A stretch of DNA of 64,000 nt from Chiloscyllium plagiosum (lineage: Eukaryota): the NCBI RefSeq assembly GCF_004010195.1, contig NC_057711.1:80129457-80193456 (forward strand). The letters are read 5' to 3'. The notes under the pieces were generated by a model. That model had not been told where the DNA came from and searched no databases. It saw only the letters and a program-made list of their open reading frames with translations. Below, one piece after another: positions 52,670 to 64,000 of the stretch (the first letter of the stretch is position 1; each line of letters opens with the position of its first letter). The translations under genes were made by a program, and so were the position numbers.

Positions 52670-54262
52670 TTACAAGCATACAAACAAGGAACAAAGAATC
52701 AGCCACTCAGCCCTTTGAGCCTGCTCCAACATTCAATTAAATCATGACCACTTTGATTTTAACATTAACCCTATATTCTTGTATAATATTGATAATCTTT
52801 CACCCCTTTGGTGATCAAGAATCTTTTTTATTCATTTATGAGATATGGGAGTCTCTGGCTGGCTAACATTTATTGCCATTCCTAGTTAGTTTTGAGAAGG
52901 TGGTAGTGAGCTGCCTTCTTGAACCGCTGTAGTCTACCCGTGGGTTGACATTGACCCATACTGCTGTTAGGGGAAGAATTCCAGGATTTTGATTCAGTGA
53001 CAGTGAAGGAATGATATTTTATTTCCAACTCAGGATGGTGAGTGGTTTGGAGAGGAAGGTGGTAGAATCACAAAATCATAGAATCCCTACAGTGTGGAAA
53101 CAGGCCCTTTGACCCAACAAGTCCATACTGACCCTCTGAAGAATACCCCACCCAAACACATTCCCCATTATTCTACATTTACCCCCTGACTAATGCACAT
53201 AACCTACGTATCCCTGAACACTATGGCCAATTTAGCATGGCCAATTCACCTAACCTTCACATCTTTGGATTCCCACAAATCTGCTGCCTTTGTCTTTCTA
53301 GACAGAAGTGGTCATGGGTTTGTAAGGTGCTATCTGACGATCTTGTGTGGATTTCTGCAGCAAATCTTGTAGATAGTACACATTGCTGTTCCTGAATGCC
53401 AGTGGTGGAGGGAGTGGATGTTTGTTGATGTGGCGCCAATCAAGTGCGCTGCTTTGTCCGGATGGTGTCAAGCTTTTTGAATGTTATTGGAGCTGGACCC
53501 TTATCTGGATCTTATATATTTCAATTAAATAACCTCTGACTCTTCTAAACTCCAGAGGATACAGGATGAGCAGGTTAATGTTCCTCATAAGGGAATTCAC
53601 TCATTCCAAGTATTAGTCTACCTTCTCTAAACTGTTTCTAACACATTAACATACTTCTAAAAGTACAGTAACCAGTGCTGTATGCAGTACTCCAGATGCA
53701 GTTTCATCAATGCCCTGTATAACTGAAGCATAGCCTTCCAACTCTTGCATTCAATGCCCCTCGCAATAAGCCATAACATTCAATTAGCTTTCTTAATCAC
53801 TTGGTGTACTGCAATAGTCACTTTCTATGATTCATGTACTAGCAGACCCAGATCTCTCTGTATCTCAGAGTTCTGCAACTACTCACAATTTTGATAATAT
53901 GCTGTTTTTTAATCCTTTCTCCAAAATGGGCAATTTGACACTTTCTCATATTATACTGCATTTGGCAGATCTCGGACACTCACTTAACCTGCCCTTTGTA
54001 GGCTCCATATGTTCTCTTCAAAATTCTTTTCCTTACCTATCTTTGTGGCATTAGCAGATTTAAATAGCCTAACTTCAGTCCCATCATCCAAATCATTTAC
54101 ATAAATTGTAATGAGTTGAGGCCACAGTAACACTCCTGTGGCACATCACTTGTGACATCCTGCCAGCCCGAAAAAGAGCCATTTTTTCCTACTCTCTGCT
54201 TTCTGTTGCTTGTCAAATTTCTACTCATGCCAACATGTCACCTTCATTACCATGGTATTTAT
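52670..54262 (-). mobile_element. Nested cluster: CR1 containing a CR1/L2-clade LINE (52825-53500), which contains an HE1 fragment (53065-53268)
   Basis: Three distinct 3' tails (ACAAACAAGGAAC, TTTTTTATTCATT, CATAGAATCCCTACAGTGTGGAAACAGGCCC) with matching bodies. Confidence 0.75.
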
Positions 54263-54270
54263 TTTCTGCT

Positions 54271-55366
54271 AGGAGACAGTGAGGCCTGTAGATGCTGGAG
54301 ATCAGAGTTGAGAGTGTGTTGCTGGAAAAGCACAGCTGATCAGGCAGCATCCGGGGAGTAGGATAAGCATTCCAATGTTTGACTTGGCATACAGCAGCAG
54401 TTCCATCAAGACTCACTTTCATCCTATTACCTGTCAAAGCAGTTGTCAATGATGTCCCTTATGGTTTGTATTTGGCACAATATTATGTTATACATGAAAA
54501 CCCTTATAAACAGGTACATAATACCAGCACACAATTCAAACCTGCAAGTCCACTTCTAATGCAATCACAGTATACTGAATTTGTAATCCAAATAAAATAT
54601 TTGCATGCTTAATGCTGATCTAAGTAGAGTTTTATGCTCAGCATGTAAACTTTAGATAATCCATTGCCAAGTTTCATCGCAATACATTTGAAGAAACGTA
54701 TTGCGATGAATCTTGGCAATGGATTATGTCAATTATTATGTATATATGTCAAAATGAAACATACAATTATATTACATATTTTTGACATTTCCTGTTGCTG
54801 AATTAATCCTTGGAAGAATTGGGGTTGCATTTAATTCAAGTGTGGAAAATACTGATCCATGTATAATAATAAACCAAGAGCAGACTGTTTCGCTAAAATG
54901 AATTATGGATTTATCAAAATTTAACTCTACCTATATACTGAGAAATACTCAGCAGTCACTGGACCATAAGACAATTCATTTGCCACTTGGCTCATGAACC
55001 AGGGAAATCGACATTTCAGACTAGAGCCCTTCATCAGGAATGAGGGTGGGAGCCTCGGGGTAAAGAGATAAATGGGAGCGGGGGGGTGGTGCTGGGGAGA
55101 AGGTAGCTAAGAGTGCAATAGGTGGTGATGGTAAAGGTAATAGGTCAGAGAGGAGGGTGGAGCGGATAGGTGGGAGGGAAGATTGACAGGTGAGACAGGT
55201 CATGAGGGCAGTGCTGAGCTGGCAGCCCCACCCCCTCCCTTTTATCTGTCCACCTCACGAGGCTCCCAGCTTCATTCCTGATGAAAGTCTCCAGCCCGAA
55301 ACATCGATTTTCCTGCTCCTTGGATGCTGCCTGACCTGATGTGCTTTTCCAGCAACACACTCTCAA
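54271..55366 (-). mobile_element. Older fold-back PLE-terminus insertion split by a 630 bp genomic copy
   Basis: Minus arm at 54271-54363 and about 55000-55222, plus arm at about 55226-55366. Decayed hammerheads CTGATGAAGGGCTCTAGTCTGAAATGTC (minus) and CTGATGAAAGTCTCCAGCCCGAAACATC (plus). Confidence 0.8.
54368..54997 (+). repeat. Direct duplicate of 49931-50517
   Basis: ORFs 49942..50175 and 54379..54612 translate identically. By eye there are about 5 substitutions, one 1 nt indel and a 42 nt insertion. Confidence 0.95.
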
Positions 55367-56329
55367 ATATTTAATTTTTCCATTAGCCATTGACATAATA
55401 TCTTATCAAATTCTTTTGGAAATCTATGTATAATATGTCCATTGTTTTGTCAAAATGTCTCTATCTTGATTTATTAGAAAATTACTGCCATTGATTCTCC
55501 TCACTAATCTGATACGACATACATCATCAAGTAGTGCGATAGCTCTTTCATTTGTTCATAGATCCGGCCATCACTGGCTAGGCCTATAGTTATTACCCAT
55601 TCCTAATTGCTTTTGAGAAGATTGAGCAGGCTTGCAAAGAGAGCAGCTCAGTTGAAGGTGCTTGGTACTTGGGACTTGCTTTTACTTTCCTTTGCAGGAT
55701 AGATGTTTTTGCTGTCTGGTCCACACACAAGACCACATACCCAGGAACTAATCAAGAGCTTGTGATAAGTGAATCTTCCTGAGCCCACAACAACTGGTAC
55801 CAATTGAAAGGCAATCAAAAAGCTATCTCTGGCAGAATTGCCCTGAATACACATAGGCAATTTTCCTGAAATTGTCCTTCACTGCTCCAGTAAGACCACA
55901 TGGACATACAGTTCACAATGTGACATAGTAACTTGTTATTTTTAAACCTGTAAACATCCACTGAAATAGCTTCCTTAGTTTAAAGCAGTATTTTTTCCCA
56001 AATTTTAGTCCACAGTCAAAAAGCAAAGTTGTCATAACATTGAAAGTAAGGTCTCTTCAGCCATCGCGCAAACGACTATATGGGTCAAGAAGTATAGAAC
56101 TCTAGGCCATAGGACAGCTGATTGCAACCTTCCAATTCTGAAAGGCAAAAATCATAGAAATATTATAAATAATACAGCTGCAGAGTTGTTCACTCAAAAA
56201 CTGCAACCAGTACTGACTTTGATCTGCTTTGCAGAATAGAGGATCTTAAAAGCCGAGAAGATTAAACTAAAAACTTCAAAGCTAAATTTTCACAGTTGTA
56301 CACAGGAAAACTAAAGTCAGCATATCACA

Positions 56330-56835
56330 TTACCTTCTACCTTGATATGAAGCAAGTGACTCTGTTTTCATCCAAAATTTCCTCATTCATTTTGCCAGAA
56401 GTAAAGGAAGAAATTGACTCCATTGGAATCAAAGGTTTAATTCATTTGAGAGGGAACTATCAAGTAGTCCTTGAAAACAGAGCCAATCCAAAAATACAAG
56501 TCATGAACAGAATTAGCATAGATCTTACACAACTGAACAAAATTGTTAAACACACATTTTGATCTGTGTCATCTGTTTTTGAAAACTAAGCCTAAACTGT
56601 GGAAGAGTACAATCTTCATGAAGTTGGATGCAAATCCTGTTTCTGTTGGCAACTATTCCTTGATAAAGACTCTAAGTTATTCACAACTTTCACTCCACCA
56701 TTTGGGAGGTTGTACTGTAACAGACTACCCCTTGCCAACGCATTAGTTCCAGAAATATTTCAGAAGACAAGGACCTTAGATAGACTGGATGAAGTAATTG
56801 TCACATGGATGATGTTCTGATCCATGCATCTGCTC
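56330..56835 (+). mobile_element. Gypsy reverse transcriptase remnant
   Basis: ISIDLTQLNK, FMKLDAN, FCWQLFLDKDSKLFTTFTPPFGRLYCNRLP...PEIFQK, and ATGGATGATGTTCTGATC (MDDVLI). Confidence 0.85.
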
Positions 56836-57179
56836 AGATAGACTGTTGTCCCAGTCGAAATGGTGTTTTTTTCATCCGTGTAATTAAATGCCTATATGCA
56901 GGGTACAGTTTCAGGATAAGAGACTGATCATTGAGAAGTACAGAAAGTTTTATGAGTCTTTTAATTGTTTATTCTTGAGCATTGTAAATGTGTATAGTTA
57001 AGGCTAAAATATTCAGATGTTTTGTTCTCTCGGGAAATCAATGGACACAGATTTGGGCAGGAAAGCGCAGCTGAGTCAGAAGATCAAATATAAAACTGGC
57101 TCAAAAGATTGCATGGTTTGTTTCATCTATTATTATTATTATTATGTTCTTGTCCTTTTCCACTGATGCACTTTCCAGG

Positions 57180-58325
57180 AACTCCCTCCATGAGATGGAT
57201 ATTAAAGGAAGCAGTTACAGAGACAGTGGATGCACTGGTAATAATCTTCCACAGAATTTGAAAACTGCCAATGTAACACTTTTATTTTAAAAGGGAAGTA
57301 GAGAGAAAACAAGTAGCTATAGGCCAGTTAACTTAACATCCATTGTTAGGGAAACGTAAAGAGTCTATTATAAAGGATGTAATAGCAGAACCTTTAGCAA
57401 TACATAATTTGATAAAGCAGAGTCAACATGGCACCACAAAGGGTAACAAATTTAATCCAAGTTTTGAGGAGTAAACAAATAGGTTACTCAAAGGGGAAAC
57501 ATTGGTTTTAATATATTTGAATTTTCAGAAGGAATTTGGTAAGGCATTACATGCTAGGCTACTCAATAAGAGAAACGTCCACTGTATTATAGCGGTAGCA
57601 TGGAGCGAGAGTTAGCTAACTAATAGAATTATGGGATATGGGAGGGCTGTTTTAGGATGGTAACTTGAAACTAGTGTTATGCCACAGTGACCAAGGCTGG
57701 GGCCACAATTACTTATACCATATATCAATATCTTGGATGAAGAAAGTGAATGCCCAATAGTCAAGTTTGAGGTTGACACAGAAATAGGGGGGAAAGCAAG
57801 TGGTGAGTCTACAGAAGGATATAAACAGATGAAGTGAATGGGCAAAAATTTGGCAGAATGAAGATCTTCTGGGAAAATGTGAAGTTGTGCACTTTGCATA
57901 ATAGAGGGGCTGAATATTATTTAAATGAAGAAAGACTACAGAAAGCTACAGTATAGAGGGAAGTGGGAAACTCATGCATGAATCACAAAAAACTATCACC
58001 TAAGTTCAGTTGGTAATTGGGAAGACAAACACGATGTTGACTTTTATTTCAAAGGAAATGACGTATACACATCAGGAGATCTTGCTAAAATTATTCAAGA
58101 TACAAGTCAGACCAGGGCTGGAAACTGGAACAGTTTTGGGCTCCTTATCTAAGGAAAAATATACATTGGAGGCAATCTAGGGAAGGTTCACAAGGTTATC
58201 CTAGGTATGGAGGAACTGTGTGAGGAGAGATTGAGTAGGTTAGGTCATACTCGTTGGAGTTTAGAAGAGTGAGAAGTGAACTTATTGAAACCTACATGAT
58301 TCTTATGTGGATTTGATAGACCAGA
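57180..58325 (+). mobile_element. CR1 LINE ORF2 remnant
   Basis: ACTGCCAATGTAACAC (ANVT), TATAGGCCAGTTAACTTAACATCC (YRPVNLTS), GGGAAAATGTGAAGTTGTGCACTTTG. Confidence 0.85.
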
Positions 58326-58344
58326 GACTATAAGACATGCAAGG

Positions 58345-59140
58345 ATTGTGAAGGTTTGTAGCTCAGGTTGAGGTTTAGGGTGTAGGTTTGTTCGCGGAGC
58401 TGTAGGTTTGATATCCAAGCGTTTCATTACCTGGCTAGGTAACAACATCAGTGGCGACCTCCAAGTGAAGCGAAGCTGTTGTCTCCTGCTTTCTATTTAT
58501 ATGTTTGTCCTGGATGGGGTTCCTGGGGTTTTTGGTGTTGTCATTTCCAGTTCGTTTTTTGAGGGGTTGATAGATGGCATCTAGATCTATGTGTTTGTTT
58601 ATCGCGTTGTGGTTGGAGTGCCAGGCCTCTAGGAATTCTCTGCATGTCTTTGCTTAGCCTATCCCAGGATAGATGTGTTGTCCCAGTCGAAATGGTGGCT
58701 TTTTTCATCCGTGTGTAGGGTTAAGAGGCTAGCCGGTGTTCGTGTATCCTGTATCGTGTATCCTGGTGGCTAACTTTCTTCCTGTTTGTCTTACGTAGTG
58801 TTTGTGGCAGTCCTTGCATGAAATTTTGTAGATGACGTTGGTTTTGTCCATGGGATGTACTGGGTCTTTTAAGTTTGTTAGTTTTTGTTTGAGAGTGTTG
58901 GTGGGTTTGTGTGCTACTAGGATTCCGAGGGGTCTTAGTAGTCTGGCTGTCATTTCTGAGACTTCTTTGATGTATGGTAAGGTGGTTAGGGTTTCTGGCT
59001 GTGTTAGGTCTGCTTGTTATGGTTTGTTCCCGAGGAATCTGCGGACTGTATTTTTTGAGAATCCATTCTTCTTGAATACATTGTATAGGTGGTTCTCCTC
59101 TGTTTTCCGAAGTTCGTCTGTGCTGCAGTGTGTGGTGGCT
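58345..59140 (-). mobile_element. Penelope-like element of a second family (GIY-YIG region plus 3' terminus)
   Basis: ORF 58729..58953 reads TARLLRPLGILVAHKPTNTLKQKLTNLKD...NVIYKISCKDCHKHYVRQTGRKLATRIH. Hammerhead-like motif at 58415-58454. Confidence 0.9.
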
Positions 59141-59149
59141 CATTGGAAT

Positions 59150-60310
59150 AGTGAGACATAGAAGCAAAATTAGACCATTTGGCTTATCGAGTCTGCTTTG
59201 CCATTCTATGAGATCATGGCTGACATGATAATCCTTATCTCTGCTTTCCTGCTTTCTCACCATAACCCTCGATCCCCTTACAGATTGTCTATCTCAGCCA
59301 TGAATATAATTCATGATCCAGCCTCATCAGCCCTCTGTGGGAAAGAATTCCACAGAGTCATAACCTCTGAGAGAATAAATTTCTCCTCTTAAACATGTGA
59401 CACCTTATTCTGAGATTGTTCCCTTTGGTTCTAGTCTCTCCCACAAGAAGAAACCAACATTCTGCATCTACCCAGTTAAGTCCTTTTAGAACCTTTATAT
59501 TTCAATAAGGTCATCTCTCATCGTTATATATTCCAATGAGTTCAGTCCAGATCTACTCAACCTCTCCTTGTAAATCAACCTCTCCAAACCTGGTGTCATC
59601 CTAATGAGTATTTTCTGGACTGCCTCAAATGCTTTTATATCTTCCCTTAGATAAGGCACCCAAAACTGTTCAGTCTTTCATCTATGACCTAGTTCTTTGT
59701 ATAGTTATCGTAAAATGATTATACTTCATTCCCTTGAAATAATGCCAACATTCTCTTTATCTTCCCTATTACCCATTGAACTTGAATGATAACTTTTAGT
59801 GAGTTATGCATGATTTATGCAAATTTCTCAATTATGCAGTTTTCTGTAGTGTTTTCTCATTTAAATAATATTCAACTTCTCTAGTCTTCCTGCAAAAATG
59901 CATAAGCTCACATTTCCTCACAAAATATTCCATTTGCTATTTTCTGCCTATTCATTAAACCTATCCATAGACTTCTGCAGACTTTTTTTGTCATCGTGTG
60001 CCTTATCTTCCCATTTATTTCAGCACTGATCCCCATGCTACCTGTCATAGATTGCCAGCCTGAAAATGCTTTCACTTTTCCCCACTCTCTATCTTCTATT
60101 GGTTAGTTGATCCTCTATCCATGTTGATATTTTATCTCCAACACTATGTGCCCTTACTATATTGAGTAGCCCGATGGCTGGCACCTTATCAAACACCTTC
60201 TGAAAATCTAATTATAGCCACTGTTTCCCTTTTATCTATCTTGCTTGTTACCTCCTCAACTAATTCGCATAAACTTGTTCAGCATGTCCCTTCATGGAGT
60301 AATCCTGATT
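59150..60310 (-). mobile_element. CR1 LINE 3' portion
   Basis: AGACATAGAAGCAAAATTAGACCATT tail, GGAAAGAATTCCACAG, GCACCTTATCAAACACCTTCTGAAAATC (reverse of DFQKVFDKV). Confidence 0.85.
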
Positions 60311-62108
60311 CTGCTTGATCATGTTATGCATTTCTAAATGCTCATGTGTAACAATGGTATGCCTTAACGGTGTCAGATTGGACAGCTTGTGGAGGAGCTC
60401 TGCCCCCTTGCCCACTTCCTGTACCAAGGTCTCTAGTGCTGCACTGATGAACATTGGAGCATATTCTCTATCACATTGTCCTATTCTTGTGTATTTTCAA
60501 GTCACACTCCCTCTAAGAATGAGTTGGTGCCTCCTAATTCTGCTACATTGCTCCACTCCTGTAAGAGATGCAGACTGACTGTACATAGTGTAGGTTAGCT
60601 TGAATCTGTGCTATCCACACCTACTTATGTCTGCTAGGCAGCCACTCAACAGCATGCTTCATGTTGGTTCCACATTAAATGAACTGCTAGATTGAAGTTT
60701 GCTTCTTGCATCAGAACAAGCCAACACGTGTTTATTGAGCATTGTGATTCTTATACCTGTTCGAGGAGATGATTCACTTTTTCCTGAAATGTATTCTACT
60801 TAATTAAAATTTCATTTGGCTTAGTTTAAAATCTTATGTTGCAAAATCACAAAATCCATCTCTTCCCATTCACTTCATAATATTGTTACACATGAGGAAT
60901 TTTTATAGGCTTTTTAGTTACGTTAATTTTAGTAGAATAGAAACTAGATCTCAATTGTCTGGAAATACTTTGGTCTGAAAAGATATTTATATTATATTTT
61001 GCAAAGCCAATAACAATTCATACTAATACTTGCTTTTGGAATACAAAAATAATTTTAAAACAATCCTGATTTTATATATTTTCTATTTCTTATGCCTGCA
61101 GAACATGTAGAAAATATATGAGGATCTATTCAGTTGCACTTGGTTAATGCATGTTTAATCATTACAGAGAAAAGAATGATGGAATAGATGGAAAGCAAGG
61201 AACACAAGTGGTTGGCAGAAGAAAGGGGCTGCAGAGTACAGTGCATTTTGATACTTCAGATATGTAATGTTACATGAGAGGTTCTGGTAGTGCTTTTAAA
61301 TTTGTCCTTGAGAAGACGCTCATCTGGAACAATGATTGCAGAGACAAAATCAGATGAATGCTGCTTTCAGAGCTAAATTACTGTTCAATATGAATGTGAC
61401 TGAAAGAAATACATTTAGAGAGGCTGGAGTGTAATTCAGCAGAGAAAAGTAAATTGGGACCATGATCCAAATGGAGTTTGTAAAATGCTATAAAAATAGT
61501 TCTGCAAAATGCAATTTACTTCCAGGTTTATTAGATTTAATGAAGGACCTTCAGTATGCTGAAAAAATCAGGCTTCAGTGACATCTGATAAAGCATTTAT
61601 CACTCAATATGAATGCTGAGGATTTGAAGTATAATTTTAGCAATGGAGTGTTACAAATTATTATTCCAAATGGATAATAAATTAGTAATAGAAAGGGCTG
61701 TCCATCAAACAGCCACTTTTCTCAATAAATGGCCACTATCTTTCATCAGAAGGCCTAAAAATATCAATAGGAGCATTACAATTATTCACAAAATCAAAAA
61801 TAATTGACTCTAACAACTCGGAATAAATTATAAACCAACTGGTTAAAAAAAAGAGCTTTAAGTTCTTAACATTCTGCATCACATATTTGGTAAATTGTTT
61901 TAGAGAGAGAGAGAGATTAACTATTCAGTCAGCTTGTGCAATTGGTTTTGTATAGTCTCCATGAAACTTTGTAAAGATAGGATAATGAAATGATCTAAAT
62001 TCTGAATTTATTTGAACTAGAGTAGTTTTGTTTGATGGGTGAAAGTCATTCAACTTCTTCAGGCAAGGAACTTAAATAAAAACGTAACAACAAGGGATTA
62101 GTAATGAT

Positions 62109-62327
62109 TGTAATGAGGTCATCCAAGTGCCTCATAGAATATGAGTTCCCTGATTGAGTCAGTTAACCTGTTCCAATTAGGGAGTCCTGGCTGACAAATA
62201 TAGACATCAGTGTCAGAGGTTCTGCCCACTTTGAGAGCTGGCTCTGAGGAAGCCGGACCAGTGTCAAGTACTATGCACATGTAAATAAGTGGTGATTGAT
62301 GATACTTGCCTCTGTGAAGTTATTTCA
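62109..62327 (+). mobile_element. 5' LTR of a Gypsy element
   Basis: TGTAAT...ATTTCA (TG...CA), immediately followed by the primer-binding site. Confidence 0.75.
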
Positions 62328-64000
62328 TTGGCAACGAGAGAAAAACATATGCTTTTGAAGAAATTTACCTGTATCAATCATCTTTGAATTGATGGAAGCA
62401 TTTCTGGCATCATGCCATTATTTGGGTAGCTTGACTTATTTGATTCTGCTGTTGAAGACTGGGCCCAGTATGCAGAAAGAATGCATTATCTTTCCGGACA
62501 AATGAAAAGCAATGAGTAATTCTCCTGACATCTTGTGAACCTGTAGCTTGTTCGGTTATTAGAGACATAACTTTTCCTGAGGAACCAAATATAAAACCTT
62601 TCAAGAGCTGATGGATTCAGTTAAGGAATATTATGATGCTAAACCTACTCGAATTCTGAGACATTATCAGTTTAACTCAACAGTTTGAGAACAGAAGGGA
62701 AACTGTGCTCCAGGCATCCCAAGTAACTTACTTGGGCTACTTAGTTGACAAAACTGGGTTACAGCTGCTAGAAGATTAAGTGAGGGTGATCAAAGATGCC
62801 TGGCTCCCATGTATGTACCAGAGTTTATGTCTTTCCTTGGACTGTGGAATTATTACGGGAAGTTTATTCATAACCTGGCCTCTATCCTGGCACTCTTACA
62901 CCTGCTAATGAATAAGGGCTCGCCTTGGAAATGGACTTGTAGCCAAGACATAGACTTTAGGGGAGTGGAGAAATAGCTATCATTGACTAAGGTGGTGGTA
63001 CATTATAATTCCAAGAGAGATGGTGTTGACATGTGATGCTTCCTCATAAGGTATCAAGGTAGTGTTGGCTCACAGGTGGCCCAGTGGAGAGGAATGCCTC
63101 ATAGCATATGCTTCCTGGACTTTGGTTGATGCAGAGCGCAAATATGCCCAGGTAGAGAAGGAAGGTTTGGCAGTCATCTTAAGTGTGAGAACGTTCCACC
63201 AATACATTTATTGATGTTAATTTTCAATAGAAACAGACCTCAAACCCCTGCTAGGGCTACTCAAAGAGGGCAAAGGTGTGCCACCCATAACTTCAGCTTG
63301 AATTCAGTGGTGGGCTCTCATTCTAAGTGTGTACAATTAGAAGTTGGAACACTATTCAGGAGGCCAAGTAGCAAATGCAATGTATTGAGCCACATCCTGC
63401 TGGCAGATACACCACTGGTATTGCCACTGAAAGAGTCCATAATGGTTTTAAATTTCTGAACACCCTTCTGGCCACTGCTGACAATATCAGATGGCAGATG
63501 CAAAATAGATCTGGTCCTGGCAAAAGTAAAAGAGCTGATGTTGATGGGGGAAGCAAAATGGCCATCATAACCAGAATTAAAAACCTTTCTGGACCCGACA
63601 AGACCACATCACTGCACTAAATATGGAGCAAGCGTGATTGTCCCGAGCAAAGGTCAGCACCAGATACTGGCTGAACTCCACCAGGGTCATTCAGGCGTGT
63701 CCAAAAATGAATAAGTTGATGAGAGGTTATGTCTGGTGGTCAGGATTGGATGCAGACATATCTGCTTTGATGGGGCAGTGTCAAGAATGCTGATAAAGAT
63801 AAAACTTGCCATCAGCAGCTCCCCCGCATTTGTGGGAATAGCTTGGAAAACCCTGGATTCAGATACATGTCAACTATATAGGTCTTTTCATGGGATTAAT
63901 GTTCTTAGTCATTGTGGATGCCCACTCAAAATGGTTGGACATGAGAAAGTTCATTCATCAAACACAGGGGCAACAATAGAAAAGCTACAAACATCTATTG
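62328..64000 (+). mobile_element. Gypsy internal region (gag start, RT end, RNase H, integrase), degraded and running off the window
   Basis: QVTYLGY, NYYGKFIHNLASILALLHLL, LTCDAS, IAYASWTLVDAERKYAQVEKEGLAVI, LAELHQGHSG, YVWWSGLDADI, FLVIVDAHSKW. Confidence 0.92.
62329..62338 (+). promoter_or_regulatory. Primer-binding site, tRNA-Ser(GCU)-like
   Basis: TGGCAACGAG matches TGGCGACGAG at 9/10 positions. TGGCGACGAG is the complement of the vertebrate tRNA-Ser(GCU) 3' end (CUCGUCGCCA). Confidence 0.65.

Noticed and set aside
49942..54612. Identical 77 aa ORFs as a duplicated gene
   Set aside because: The identity reflects the recent DNA duplication. The ORFs start at TTG and show no recognisable domain.

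Overview
This is eukaryotic, repeat-dense, apparently non-coding DNA (gene desert or large intron). It most likely comes from a cartilaginous fish, judging from HE1-type tRNA-derived SINEs, CR1 LINEs with (TTCTATG)n-type tails and a DeuSINE. I could not support any host protein-coding exon, and the recognisable ORFs are broken retroelement fragments. These comprise many CR1 and CR1/L2-clade LINE pieces, one RTE LINE, at least four Penelope-like element (PLE) remnants, three Gypsy remnants, a probable solo LTR, a Harbinger transposase fragment and a Tc1/pogo-type MITE. The most striking structure is a set of three young, non-coding 180-220 bp insertions (15800-16020, 16801-16980, 26292-26471). 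Each is a fold-back palindrome of a PLE terminus carrying a minimal type I hammerhead ribozyme motif and is flanked by a 14-16 bp target-site duplication. A fourth, older PLE fold-back (54271-55366) has received a 630 bp copy of nearby genomic DNA, which itself contains a new 30 bp fold-back. Several other short dispersed near-perfect duplications suggest recurrent local templated insertion. Repeat boundaries were placed by eye and are approximate unless a TSD or terminal motif is quoted.
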